The position numbers were made by a program, and so were the translations under genes. A DNA stretch of 64,000 nt, from NCBI GenBank assembly GCA_964575095.1, contig CAZNPA010000008.1, positions 11,559-75,558 of the forward strand, written 5' to 3'. Below the pieces are notes generated by a model. The model had not been told where the DNA came from and made no database searches. It worked only from the letters and a program-made list of their open reading frames with translations. Origin of the DNA: an uncultured Rickettsiales bacterium (GTDB lineage Bacteria; Pseudomonadota; Alphaproteobacteria; Rickettsiales; SXRF01). This document shows, one piece after another, positions 18,017 through 26,998 of the stretch (the first letter of the stretch is position 1; every line of letters starts with the position of its first letter).

Positions 18017-20680
18017 ATGACCGCCATCGCCACTTTTTCCACACCAACACTACATGAACAGCTGACGAATTTCATGGACGCCGATCGTGAAAAAATGCTG
18101 GCGCATATCCGCCGCTGGCTGGCGACGGAAAAGCATCGCCTCAGAAACCGGTTTGTGTCCGACGGCGATGTGGCCTACCTGCTTTCGGGCGAGACTGCTC
18201 TTATCGACACACTGATAGCGGCGCTGTTCGGCCTTTACCACCGCGACAGCGAGGCGCCGGTGGCGCTGGTCGCTGTCGGCGGCTACGGGCGCAAGGAATT
18301 ATTCCCGTATTCGGATATCGATCTTTTGTTTTTGCATGACGGCAGAAACGGCCGCACGGCGGAGCACATCGCTAAGAATATCCTGTACGTATTGTGGGAT
18401 CTTGGGCTTGCCGTCGGCCAGGCGCACCGCACTATTGATGAGGCCATAGCGCTGGCCAAAGACGATATTACCATCAGAACGTCGTTACTCGATGCAAGGC
18501 TGGTGGCCGGCGACGCTAAAATACTTGAGCGTTTTCAGTCACGGTTCCGGCAGGAAATCATTTCAAAAACCATCCCGCAATTCATCGAGGCTAAATTGGC
18601 CGAGCGCGACGAGCGGCATCATCACTTCGGCGATTCGCGTTATGTGCTAGAGCCCAACGTCAAAGAAGGCAAGGGCGGGTTGCGCGACTTGCACACGCTG
18701 GCATGGCTGGCGCGTTACAGCACCCCCATCCACGACCTGAAAGACCTGATCAAAAAAAACATACTCACGCGTGAGGAATACGCCGCGTTTGAAAACGCAC
18801 AGCAATTTCTAAGCAAAGTGCGGGCGCATCTGCATATTCTGGCCGAACGCGGCGAAGAGCGGCTGACGTTCGACCGTCAGCACGCAGTGGCGGTGGCGAT
18901 GGGTTATGCGCACGCCAACCCCAACCGGGCGGTGGAGCGGTTCATGCGCCGGTATTTCGCCGCCGTGCGCGTGGCGGGGAACGTGACGCGCGTATTCTGC
19001 GCCTTGTTTGAAGCCATGCACCGGCCGGAGCCGCGCAAGCTGCTGACATGGCCGTGGACACCGGGTAAATTCAAGCGCGAAGGAAAGCGTCTTACTATCA
19101 AGAGCGCGCAGAGTTTCTCGCGGCAGCCCATTTTGATGCTGGAATTGTTCCACCTAAGCCGGATACAAAATCTTGATATTCATCCCGAGGCGCTGCAGGG
19201 GATCGCGCGGAATCTTTTCCGCATCGATCATAAACTTCGCAACGATCCGCGTGCCGGCGAGATATTTCTCGACCTGTTGTTGACGGAAAACGGCGCCGAA
19301 ACGAGCTTACGTAAAATGAGCGAAGCCGGGGTACTGGGACGGTTCATCCCGGAATTCGGCCGCGTCGTCGGCCAGACGCAGTTCAACATGTACCACGTCT
19401 ATACCGTCGACGAGCATACGTTGGTGGCGATCGGCATCCTGCACGCCATCGAAAATGGCGAATTCAAGAAAACGCTGCCGCTGGCCAGCCTTCTCTTTCA
19501 TCGCATAAGAATGCGGCGCGTGCTGTATCTCTCGCTGTTCTGCCACGACATCGCCAAGGGCAGGGGCGGCGACCATTCGACGCTGGGCGAAAAAATTGTG
19601 ACCAAGCTGGCGCGGCGTTTTGGATTCTCCGAAGAGGAGGCCGATACCGCCGCCTGGCTGGTGCGCCAGCATCTTCTTTTTTCCAACACGGCATTCAAAC
19701 GCGATATCGACGACCCTAAAACCATCGAGGATTTCGTCGCCGAGGTGAAATCGCCGGAACGATTGAAGCTGTTATTGCTGCTGACGGTGGCCGATATGCG
19801 CGCCGTCAGCGCCACGGTATGGAACGCATGGAAAGCGGCGCTGTTAGAAGAGCTTTATCACGCCGCCGAGCAGATGATGGCCCAGGGCGAAGTCGTGCGC
19901 GAGCGGCAACAGACGAAAGAGTTGCGGCATGGTTTAATTGCGGCGCTTCCCGGCTGGGAAGAAAGCGCCATCGACGCCTACATTGAACAGGCGCCCGCCG
20001 GATTTCTGACTGGCCTGCCCGCCGCGCGCCATGCCGCTATCGCCCGCATGCTGAAGGAATCGGCACCGCTATTACTTGATACTGCACATGATTACGAACG
20101 GGCGATGACGGAGATCACCGTGGCCACGCCCGACCGGCCGGGATTGTTTTCCAAACTCGCCGGCGCGATGTCGCTTTCGGGCGTCAACATTATCGGCGCC
20201 AAAATTTTCACACTCAAGAACGGCATGGCGATCGACGTCTTTCAGGTGCAGGACACGGCCGGCGATGTCTTCGACCGCACCGACCGGTTGGCCAGAATGT
20301 CGGCTGCTATCGAGCAGGCGTTGTCGGATGAGCTTAACCTGCCCAAGGCGCTTTCCGGACAACGCAAGCATTACGGCCGCACCAGCCGCGACGCGCATGC
20401 TGCCGCCGGGCAGGTGTTCATCGATAACAACGCCAGCAATATTCACACCGTGATCGAGATCACCGGCCACGACCGCCCGGGATTTTTGTATCAGGTGACG
20501 CATGCTATCGCCGTGCTGGGGCTGTCTATTGCCAGCGCGCACATCTCGACCTACGGCACGCAAATCGCCGACGTGTTTTACGTTAAAGACGCTTTCGGTA
20601 TGAAAATTCTGCACGACGCCAAAATAAAAGAGATACGCGACACCATCCTGGCTGCGGTCAATAGCCCAGCGTCTGTTTGA
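18017..20680 (+). CDS. glnD: [Protein-PII] uridylyltransferase / uridylyl-removing enzyme
   Basis: Nucleotidyltransferase motif (GGYGRKELFPYSDIDLLF), HD domain (LFCHDIAKGRGGDH) and two C-terminal ACT domains. I moved the start to the Met at 18017 because the ORF-track extension overlaps the EamA gene. Confidence 0.93.
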   Translation: MTAIATFSTPTLHEQLTNFMDADREKMLAHIRRWLATEKHRLRNRFVSDGDVAYLLSGETALIDTLIAALFGLYHRDSEAPVALVAVGGYGRKELFPYSDIDLLFLHDGRNGRTAEHIAKNILYVLWDLGLAVGQAHRTIDEAIALAKDDITIRTSLLDARLVAGDAKILERFQSRFRQEIISKTIPQFIEAKLAERDERHHHFGDSRYVLEPNVKEGKGGLRDLHTLAWLARYSTPIHDLKDLIKKNILTREEYAAFENAQQFLSKVRAHLHILAERGEERLTFDRQHAVAVAMGYAHANPNRAVERFMRRYFAAVRVAGNVTRVFCALFEAMHRPEPRKLLTWPWTPGKFKREGKRLTIKSAQSFSRQPILMLELFHLSRIQNLDIHPEALQGIARNLFRIDHKLRNDPRAGEIFLDLLLTENGAETSLRKMSEAGVLGRFIPEFGRVVGQTQFNMYHVYTVDEHTLVAIGILHAIENGEFKKTLPLASLLFHRIRMRRVLYLSLFCHDIAKGRGGDHSTLGEKIVTKLARRFGFSEEEADTAAWLVRQHLLFSNTAFKRDIDDPKTIEDFVAEVKSPERLKLLLLLTVADMRAVSATVWNAWKAALLEELYHAAEQMMAQGEVVRERQQTKELRHGLIAALPGWEESAIDAYIEQAPAGFLTGLPAARHAAIARMLKESAPLLLDTAHDYERAMTEITVATPDRPGLFSKLAGAMSLSGVNIIGAKIFTLKNGMAIDVFQVQDTAGDVFDRTDRLARMSAAIEQALSDELNLPKALSGQRKHYGRTSRDAHAAAGQVFIDNNASNIHTVIEITGHDRPGFLYQVTHAIAVLGLSIASAHISTYGTQIADVFYVKDAFGMKILHDAKIKEIRDTILAAVNSPASV

Positions 20681-21293
20681 CAAACGGGATCGTCAGGCGC
20701 CGATGTTCAGCCAGAGCCTTCCGGTCAAGCGCATCGACAATTTCCGCCACGCATGCAAACGAGCGGTCAATGCGAGGCAGCAGGAAAAGGATGACGTCTT
20801 CGTCGACCTTGAGCTGTCGATCAGAGAATTGCTTGCGCAGGGCGGCGGAGAGAACTTCGTCGTCGGGTGCGGTGATGCCGACGGAAGAAAGCGCCTTAAG
20901 CCGTGACGTAAGATCAGGCAGCGTAAACGGCAATTCAGAGGACGGCAGCGCCGATGTCAGGAGCAGGGAAAATTTCCGTTCGCGGCTGTAATTTATCAGA
21001 TGCAGAAATTGGCGCTCATCACCGATACGTTCGATATTTTCAATCAGCGCATGCGTTTGTAATGCGTCGGGCACGGGCAGGGCATCATAAACTTCGGCGT
21101 TCGTATGCGCTGCCCAGATATGACCAAGATGCGTTTTACCGGCACCGCCCGGACCATGAAGCAACAGGGCGGAAGACGGCCAGTCCGGCCAGCGCGCGAT
21201 CCACGCGTGCGCATCGCGGTTGCAGGTTGAGACATAAAAACTGCTTTCGGAAAATACCGGCGGCAGCTGGAGTGTGAGCGCGTATTGCGACAT
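20658..21293 (-). CDS. hdaA: DnaA-regulatory inactivator HdaA
   Basis: DnaA-domain-III-like AAA+ protein of 211 aa (LLLHGPGGAGKTHLGHIW). Size and position next to an AI-2E transporter are as in other alphaproteobacteria. It overlaps the convergent glnD by 23 bp. Confidence 0.85.
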   Translation of the reverse strand: MSQYALTLQLPPVFSESSFYVSTCNRDAHAWIARWPDWPSSALLLHGPGGAGKTHLGHIWAAHTNAEVYDALPVPDALQTHALIENIERIGDERQFLHLINYSRERKFSLLLTSALPSSELPFTLPDLTSRLKALSSVGITAPDDEVLSAALRKQFSDRQLKVDEDVILFLLPRIDRSFACVAEIVDALDRKALAEHRRLTIPFVKQTLGY

Positions 21294-21302
21294 AGGCGAT
21301 AT

Positions 21303-22364
21303 CTATTTCTTCGCGCGATCGCTGGTGTAATAACCGCTGTCAAGATACTGATCAAGAGCGAAACGGATCAATACGCCGATAACCGCCGTCACCGGCACCG
21401 CCAGCAAAATACCGACGAAACCGAACAGCGCCGCGCCGGCCAGCATACCGAAAATAATCCACACCGGATGCAGGCCGACCTTGCTGCCGACCAACTTCGG
21501 CGTCAGAAAATAGCCTTCGAGCACCTGCCCGATCAAAAATACCGCCGCCACCGCCCCGATTTGCGCATAATTGTCGAACTGGAACAAGGCAACGCCCAAA
21601 GCCACCAGGAGTCCGAACAGCACGCCGACGTAAGGCAGAATGACAAGAAATCCGGTGATAGCGCCGATGACGATGCTAAATTTAAGCCCGGTCAAGCCAA
21701 GGCCGATGGAATAGTACGCTGCTAAAATCAAGCAGACATTGATCTGCCCACGCAAAAACCCGGCCAAAGTGTGATTAATGACGGAAAGTTGCTGACGAAT
21801 GGTGTGCGCATGCGCTTTGGGCAGCAGCCGGTTCAGGCGCGCCAGCATACGATCCCAGTCGAGCAGCAGGTAGAAAGTAACAACCGGAGTAATAAGAAGC
21901 AGCGACAGCAGGTTGACGATGACAATGCCGGACTGGAATACTCCGCTCAGGAAATCGCCGACCAGTTTAAGCAGCACGCCGGAAATATTGGTGATCGCCT
22001 GCTGGATGTCGGCCGCCGGCGCCGCCGGCAGCTTGCCGATAAAGCGCGAGATTTGATCGCCGTACTGCTGGCTGATGGCATTGGCGTATTCAGGTAGCGT
22101 CGAAATCAGGCCGGAAAACTGATCGATCACTATCGGCGTGATCCACAGGCAAAGCAGGATGAGCACAAAAAAGAAGCAGGCGGTGATAAGAAGCGTCGCC
22201 AGCCCGCGCGAAAGTCCTTTGGCCTCCAGTTTGTCCGCCGCCGGATCGAGAAAATAGGCGGTCATGACGCCAACCACGAACGGCAGCAATATGCTGCGAA
22301 TGAGATAAAGGAATACGAAAAAAACGATTCCGAGCGAAAGCCAAAACATCCAGCGTTTAGTCAC
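21303..22364 (-). CDS. AI-2E family transporter (PerM-like permease)
   Basis: 353 aa and polytopic, with a typical AI-2E C-terminal half (LGLTGLKFSIVIGAITGFLVILPYVG...VGLHPVWIIFGMLAG). Confidence 0.88.
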   Translation of the reverse strand: MTKRWMFWLSLGIVFFVFLYLIRSILLPFVVGVMTAYFLDPAADKLEAKGLSRGLATLLITACFFFVLILLCLWITPIVIDQFSGLISTLPEYANAISQQYGDQISRFIGKLPAAPAADIQQAITNISGVLLKLVGDFLSGVFQSGIVIVNLLSLLLITPVVTFYLLLDWDRMLARLNRLLPKAHAHTIRQQLSVINHTLAGFLRGQINVCLILAAYYSIGLGLTGLKFSIVIGAITGFLVILPYVGVLFGLLVALGVALFQFDNYAQIGAVAAVFLIGQVLEGYFLTPKLVGSKVGLHPVWIIFGMLAGAALFGFVGILLAVPVTAVIGVLIRFALDQYLDSGYYTSDRAKK

Positions 22365-23454
22365 GTGAGATTACCCAATATTTGTCGTTTTTCACCAGGC
22401 GCAACCCGCTGCCGGTAATGCCTCCAGCTAGAGATTCCAGCGAGCCGCGGTAATGGATGACCATATCCACCTGCTGTGAGGACATGGCCAGCATTTCGAG
22501 CTGCTCGATCATGGGTAGCCCGGCCAGCTTCGCCTTAAGTTGCGTCCACGAACCCAGGGTCGTGATGCTGGCCAGCACCATGATCTTGCCTTTTTCGCCG
22601 CCGCGCACGCCCTGCGTGTTCGATATTTCTTCGTTCTTTTTATTTTGCAAATTGTCGGCGATATCGCGGGCGGCGCGCGCCAGCAGCATATCTCGCGTTT
22701 CCTGCGCATCGGCGCGGAAGCTGAGCGCATTGACTTCATTGGCAGCGCGGCTGATGCGGCGCTTGAATACGGTTAATACCATGTCCGGATTTTTCGTGTA
22801 TTTCGCCTGCAGCAGGATAACGTCGCTGACGCCGTAGCGCACGGTCATCGGCGCCAGCATGGCGTAGGTAGGGTTGGCCATGGTTTTCGCGTCGATGGTG
22901 GCCTGATCGTTATTGTCGCCGTAGGGAACGATGATGTCGCCGGTGCTGCTTTCAAGCCCCAGCATTTTCCAGACGTTGCGCCACGGGTTGCGCTCTTCCC
23001 ACAGCAACACCGTGCCGTCCTCCTCATAGGAAGTAATAAACAAAAACGAGCTGGTCTTCGACGGCACGTCGCTCTTATCGGTGCCGATGCCGAACTTGCT
23101 GATCAGGTTGCTGACTTCATCGGCGTCGAAACTGACGAGAAGCCGGGCGCGATAGCGGTTATCGGTGATTTTTTCCTCAAGCACCTCCGTGCCGCGCGTC
23201 ATGGCGGCGATTTTCTTCTGGTCGAGCGTGGCCATGATGTTGTCGGCCTGACCGGGTGATGCCAACTTGTTCAGGAGATCGGTCAGCGCGTCGGACGCAG
23301 CTTTGCCCATGGCGATCTGGCGCGCATCGACAGCGTCCTTGCCGACAGCGTCCACCGACACTTCGCTGTTAACGATGGCTTCGCCGGCCTGCGCTGCGAT
23401 AGAATGGAGCATGCCAACTATCAGCAATAACCCAATATATTTTGTGTACCGCAT
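22357..23454 (-). CDS. Secreted hypothetical protein (conserved position between the AI-2E transporter and purM; possibly DUF2066-like)
   Basis: I set the start at MRYTKYIGLLLIVGMLHSIAAQA, which is a signal peptide. The ORF-track N-terminal extension to 23619 runs through a palindromic repeat and is rejected. Confidence 0.72.
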   Translation of the reverse strand: MRYTKYIGLLLIVGMLHSIAAQAGEAIVNSEVSVDAVGKDAVDARQIAMGKAASDALTDLLNKLASPGQADNIMATLDQKKIAAMTRGTEVLEEKITDNRYRARLLVSFDADEVSNLISKFGIGTDKSDVPSKTSSFLFITSYEEDGTVLLWEERNPWRNVWKMLGLESSTGDIIVPYGDNNDQATIDAKTMANPTYAMLAPMTVRYGVSDVILLQAKYTKNPDMVLTVFKRRISRAANEVNALSFRADAQETRDMLLARAARDIADNLQNKKNEEISNTQGVRGGEKGKIMVLASITTLGSWTQLKAKLAGLPMIEQLEMLAMSSQQVDMVIHYRGSLESLAGGITGSGLRLVKNDKYWVISRD

Positions 23455-23472
23455 CCTTACCCTACATTCGTC

Positions 23473-23555
23473 ATCCCCGCGACTCGCCTTGGCGAAGCCT
23501 TGGATAATATTTCCTAAGTAGGAAAATGCCAAGGGCGTAGCCAGGAGGCGGGGAT
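23473..23555. repeat. Imperfect 83-bp palindromic element with ATCCCCGC...GCGGGGAT ends (MITE/REP-like)
   Basis: The ends ATCCCCGC (23473-80) and GCGGGGAT (23549-55) are inverted. Inside are CCTTGG/CCAAGG pairs and a central TTTCCTA-AG-TAGGAAA (23510-23525). It lies in the divergent intergenic region upstream of purM. Confidence 0.65.
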
Positions 23556-23594
23556 CCAGAGCCAAACGGATACGTCCATCCATGCAGCCCCGGA

Positions 23595-23613
23595 CCCCGC
23601 AACAAGTGCGGGG
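23595..23613. repeat. Short GC hairpin CCCCGCA-ACAAG-TGCGGGG next to the palindromic element
   Basis: Perfect 7-bp stem with a 5-nt loop. It shares the CCCCGC motif with the neighbouring element. Confidence 0.5.
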
Positions 23614-23687
23614 TGACAACCATTCATCGCTTGAATCCTGCCTTGGCTTCTTGTACCTAGAAACCAGCCAAATCGCAAGGATATTGG

Positions 23688-24740
23688 ATGAGCACGCAGG
23701 GAGAAGCCACCTATAAAGACGCCGGGGTCGATATCGATGCCGGCGATGCGCTGGTCGAACGGATCAAGCCCTTTGCCAAGGCAACGCGGCGTTTAGGCTC
23801 GATGGATGATCTCGGCGGGTTCGGCGCGCTGTTCGATCTCAAAAAAGCCGGGTACAAACGCCCGCTGCTGGTATCCTCCACCGACGGCGTCGGCACCAAA
23901 CTTAAAATCGCGCAGGCGGTGGGAAAGCACGACACGATCGGCATCGACCTTGTCGCCATGTGCGTTAACGATCTCATTGTGCAGGGCGCCGAGCCGTTAT
24001 TCTTCCTCGATTATTTCGCCAGCGGAAAACTGGACGTCAAGGTTGCAACGCAAGTCATCAAAGGCATCGCCGACGGCTGCGAGCAAGCCGGTTGTGCGTT
24101 GGTCGGCGGTGAAACGGCGGAAATGCCGGGCATGTATACCGGCGGCGACTACGACCTTGCCGGATTTTCGGTGGGCGCCGTCGAGCGCGGAAAAACGTTG
24201 CCGCGCGGAAATCTTAAAAAAGGCGATATGGTATTGGGGCTGGCTTCAAGCGGTGTGCATTCCAACGGCTATTCGCTGGTGCGCCATATTGTCGCCAGAC
24301 AAGGTCTTGATTACGGCGCAAAATCGCCGTTCGATAAAAACAAAACGCTGGGGCTCGGCCTGCTTGCGCCCACGCGCATTTACGTAAAGTCTTGCCTCAA
24401 GGTCATCCGCAAATTCCCAAAAGGCATGAAGGCGCTGGCGCACATCACCGGCGGCGGGCTGGTCGAGAACCTGCCGCGCGTGCTGCCGAAAACGCTGGGC
24501 GCCAGTATTGACCTGTCAGCATGGGAGACGCCACCGGTATTCGAATGGCTGCAACAGGCCGGAAATGTGCCGTGGAACGACATGTACCGCACCTTCAACT
24601 GCGGCATCGGCATGGTGCTGGTCGTGGACAAAAAATACGCCGATAAAATTGCCGCCAACCTCAGGAAAGGCGGTGAGCAGGTATTTTACATCGGCGAAAT
24701 CACGGCACGAAAATCCAAGGCCGTTGTGTTGCATGGCTAA
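23688..24740 (+). CDS. purM: Phosphoribosylformylglycinamidine cyclo-ligase (AIR synthetase)
   Basis: [21 protein letters not shown] and GGETAEMPG motifs over 350 aa. An AAGGA Shine-Dalgarno sequence lies upstream. Confidence 0.95.
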   Translation: MSTQGEATYKDAGVDIDAGDALVERIKPFAKATRRLGSMDDLGGFGALFDLKKAGYKRPLLVSSTDGVGTKLKIAQAVGKHDTIGIDLVAMCVNDLIVQGAEPLFFLDYFASGKLDVKVATQVIKGIADGCEQAGCALVGGETAEMPGMYTGGDYDLAGFSVGAVERGKTLPRGNLKKGDMVLGLASSGVHSNGYSLVRHIVARQGLDYGAKSPFDKNKTLGLGLLAPTRIYVKSCLKVIRKFPKGMKALAHITGGGLVENLPRVLPKTLGASIDLSAWETPPVFEWLQQAGNVPWNDMYRTFNCGIGMVLVVDKKYADKIAANLRKGGEQVFYIGEITARKSKAVVLHG

Positions 24741-25308
24741 GAAAAAAATCGCCGTCCTGATTTCCGGCAGCGGATCGAACCTGCAGGCGCTGATCGATGC
24801 TGCAGCAGCGGCGGATTACCCGGCCGAAATTGTGGTGGTTATCTCCAATAAAGCAGAGGCTTATGGCCTTATCCGCGCCAAAAATTCCGGCATAGCTACG
24901 CATGTCATCAACCACAAAGATTATGACAGCCGCGAGGCGTTTGATAACGAAATCCAGCGGATTTTGCTTGGATATGGTGTCGATATCGTATGTTTAGCCG
25001 GGTTTATGCGCATGCTTTCGCCGCAGTTTGTCAACCGCTGGCCGGGGAAAATGCTTAACATCCATCCGTCGCTGCTGCCTGCCTTCAAAGGCGCGCACGC
25101 CGTGCATGACGCGCTGGCGGCCGGCGCAAAAGAAACCGGCTGCACCGTGCATTTCGTCACCGAAGAGATGGATGCCGGACCGATCGTGTTGCAGGCGCAA
25201 GTGCCCGTACTGCCGAGCGATAGCGAAAAAACATTGCTCGAACGTATCCACGCCGAGGAACATCGCATCTACCCGCTGGCGCTCCGCAAAATTGCCGAGT
25301 CCTTATAA
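24733..25308 (+). CDS. purN: Phosphoribosylglycinamide formyltransferase
   Basis: [30 protein letters not shown] and a GCTVHFV..E.DAGPI region. The start at 24733 overlaps the purM stop; the ORF-track start at 24508 is an out-of-frame extension through purM. Confidence 0.93.
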   Translation: MAKKKIAVLISGSGSNLQALIDAAAAADYPAEIVVVISNKAEAYGLIRAKNSGIATHVINHKDYDSREAFDNEIQRILLGYGVDIVCLAGFMRMLSPQFVNRWPGKMLNIHPSLLPAFKGAHAVHDALAAGAKETGCTVHFVTEEMDAGPIVLQAQVPVLPSDSEKTLLERIHAEEHRIYPLALRKIAESL

Positions 25309-25323
25309 AATCCAAATGCACGC

Positions 25324-25353
25324 TTGACAGACAAGGTTAAAAAGTGCTTAACT
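25324..25353 (+). promoter_or_regulatory. Candidate sigma70-type promoter (TTGACA, 18-nt spacer, TTAACT)
   Basis: Exact -35 hexamer TTGACA at 25324-25329 and a weak -10 TTAACT at 25348-25353, 16 bp after the purN stop. This is a sequence match only. Confidence 0.35.
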
Positions 25354-25359
25354 TTTGCC

Positions 25360-25512
25360 ATGCAATACACGCATAGCTCATTTGATGGTTCTTTCCGCGC
25401 CGCCGCGCCGCGTGCTGCCATGCGTATGCGTTTTTTTTATGCGGCAGCACAACTGGTAATGGTCGTGATTACCGTTGTGGGCATTCCAGGGGGCGGTGTC
25501 GTGGTTTTATAA
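25360..25512 (+). CDS. Possible leaderless small hydrophobic protein (50 aa); alternatively part of a non-coding RNA
   Basis: The ATG at 25360 is about 7 nt after the candidate -10 and has no Shine-Dalgarno sequence. The translation is MQYTHSSFDGSFRAAAPRAAMRMRFFYAAAQLVMVVITVVGIPGGGVVVL, with a hydrophobic C-terminus. Internal hairpins are present. Coding status is unproven. Confidence 0.25.
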   Translation: MQYTHSSFDGSFRAAAPRAAMRMRFFYAAAQLVMVVITVVGIPGGGVVVL

Positions 25513-25530
25513 TCTAAAAAAATCCAGACA

Positions 25531-25568
25531 AAAACCCGCCCCTCCCAACAAAGGAAGCGGGTTTTTTT
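25531..25568 (+). terminator. Rho-independent terminator
   Basis: AAAACCCGC ... GCGGG stem followed by a T7 run (25562-25568), 26 nt upstream of the next start codon. Confidence 0.7.
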
Positions 25569-25593
25569 ATGGTCATAACTTTCGGAATAAACA

Positions 25594-26472
25594 ATGTCTG
25601 AGCAGGTTGAAAATTTATACATCGTCGTCGGCGCCCGGGAAGAAACCGGCGCCCGCTACCGATCGGCATTGGCTGAAAAGCGCGGGAATCTCTGCCTCGG
25701 CATCGACCGCAATCTGGGCTCTTCGGAAGTGTATTGGGAAACGCGCGACAAAGGCATGTTGCGCATCGACTGGCAAAACACCAGTGATGAAAAAATCGAC
25801 CGCGAGCTGGAAGCATTCATCGACACGCATTGCACGGCGCTGCCCAGGCAGGTCACCCTCTTATTCGCCAGCAACGCGCCGACGGCAACCGCCCAGCGCG
25901 TGGACGAAAAAACGCTCAAGGCCGACGAGCTGGCGCTCAAGAACCTAACGCTCAAAGTGAATAGCCTGCTGGAGCAGCGCGCCCGAGGCGAACAGCGGCC
26001 GGTATCCTTAAACGTCGTCGCTTTAAGCAGCGCCGAAGTCACACATCCCGGCACGGCACTCGCCCCTTCGTACGCATTATCGAAAGCGCGCATGGAATCT
26101 TTCATCCGGACGTTCGTCCATAACCCATCTTCGCCGCATGTCAAAAAAAGCGGCCTGGCGCTGCGCACGCCGCTGCTTGCCGCCGGGACATCCCTGCATC
26201 ACGACTCGGATATAACCGCAGAAAAATTGGTGGATATCACCTTGCCGGCCATCTGCTCACCGGAAGAGGGAAACAACCGCATATTTGATATCGAAAGCGG
26301 GGCACAGGCATCGCCGCCGCAAGCCAAACCGCGCGAAGCATTAGGGTTCGGATCGATCGATAGCTCGATAGTGGGCTCTTCGCTCAACACGCTGACCGAA
26401 ATGGCCAGAACCGGGCGCATCGGCCATCCGCACGCCACCTTACTGGTAAAATCCGGCCAGGCGCTTAGTTAG
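25594..26472 (+). CDS. Hypothetical protein, distantly SDR-like (S...YxxxK present, glycine-rich NAD motif degenerate)
   Basis: 292-aa [34 protein letters not shown] resembles the SDR catalytic Ser/Tyr-x3-Lys region, but the N-terminus [15 protein letters not shown] lacks TGxxxGxG. The stop overlaps the convergent ndk by 4 nt. Confidence 0.6.
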   Translation: MSEQVENLYIVVGAREETGARYRSALAEKRGNLCLGIDRNLGSSEVYWETRDKGMLRIDWQNTSDEKIDRELEAFIDTHCTALPRQVTLLFASNAPTATAQRVDEKTLKADELALKNLTLKVNSLLEQRARGEQRPVSLNVVALSSAEVTHPGTALAPSYALSKARMESFIRTFVHNPSSPHVKKSGLALRTPLLAAGTSLHHDSDITAEKLVDITLPAICSPEEGNNRIFDIESGAQASPPQAKPREALGFGSIDSSIVGSSLNTLTEMARTGRIGHPHATLLVKSGQALS

Positions 26473-26891
26473 CCAACGATTTCACAATCACTGAAGAAAA
26501 AGCGGATTTCTTTTTCCGCATTTTCGGGCGAATCGGAACCGTGGATGGCGTTACGCTCGATGCTTTCGCCGAATTCTTTGCGGATGGTTCCGACGGCGGA
26601 TTTCGCCGGATCGGTGGCACCCATGATTTCGCGGTTCTTGAGAACGGCGTTTTCACCCTCAAGCACCTGCGCCACCACCGGGCCGGAGACCATGTACTCC
26701 ACCAGCTCGTCATAGAACGGGCGCTCCTTGTGCACGGCGTAAAATTCACGCGCCTGCAGGCGCGAGAGGCGCGTGCGTTTCTGCGCGACGATGTGCAGCC
26801 CCTGCTCCTCGAATTTGGCGTTGATTTTTCCGGTGATATTGCGCGCGGTGGCGTCGGGTTTAATCATCGAAAACGTACGTTGTTTGGCCAT
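26469..26891 (-). CDS. ndk: Nucleoside-diphosphate kinase
   Basis: [10 protein letters not shown], the family motif NAIHGSD and a length of about 140 aa. I chose the second ATG because its spacing to GAAGG is better; the ORF-track start at 26897 is possible. Confidence 0.95.
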   Translation of the reverse strand: MAKQRTFSMIKPDATARNITGKINAKFEEQGLHIVAQKRTRLSRLQAREFYAVHKERPFYDELVEYMVSGPVVAQVLEGENAVLKNREIMGATDPAKSAVGTIRKEFGESIERNAIHGSDSPENAEKEIRFFFSDCEIVG

Positions 26892-26998
26892 GGTCATTTA
26901 CCTTCATTGTTATTGCTGCCGGGCTTATACGGCCTATGTGAAGATAAGGCAATATTTTTAGCCCTATACAACCGAAATAAATCCGCTATGTTACTTTT

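Noticed and set aside
25324-25512. 62-aa ORF in the track starting at TTG 25324
   Set aside because: That TTG is the first half of the TTGACA -35-like hexamer and has no ribosome-binding site. If anything in the region is coding, the in-frame ATG at 25360 is the more plausible start, and even that is low confidence.
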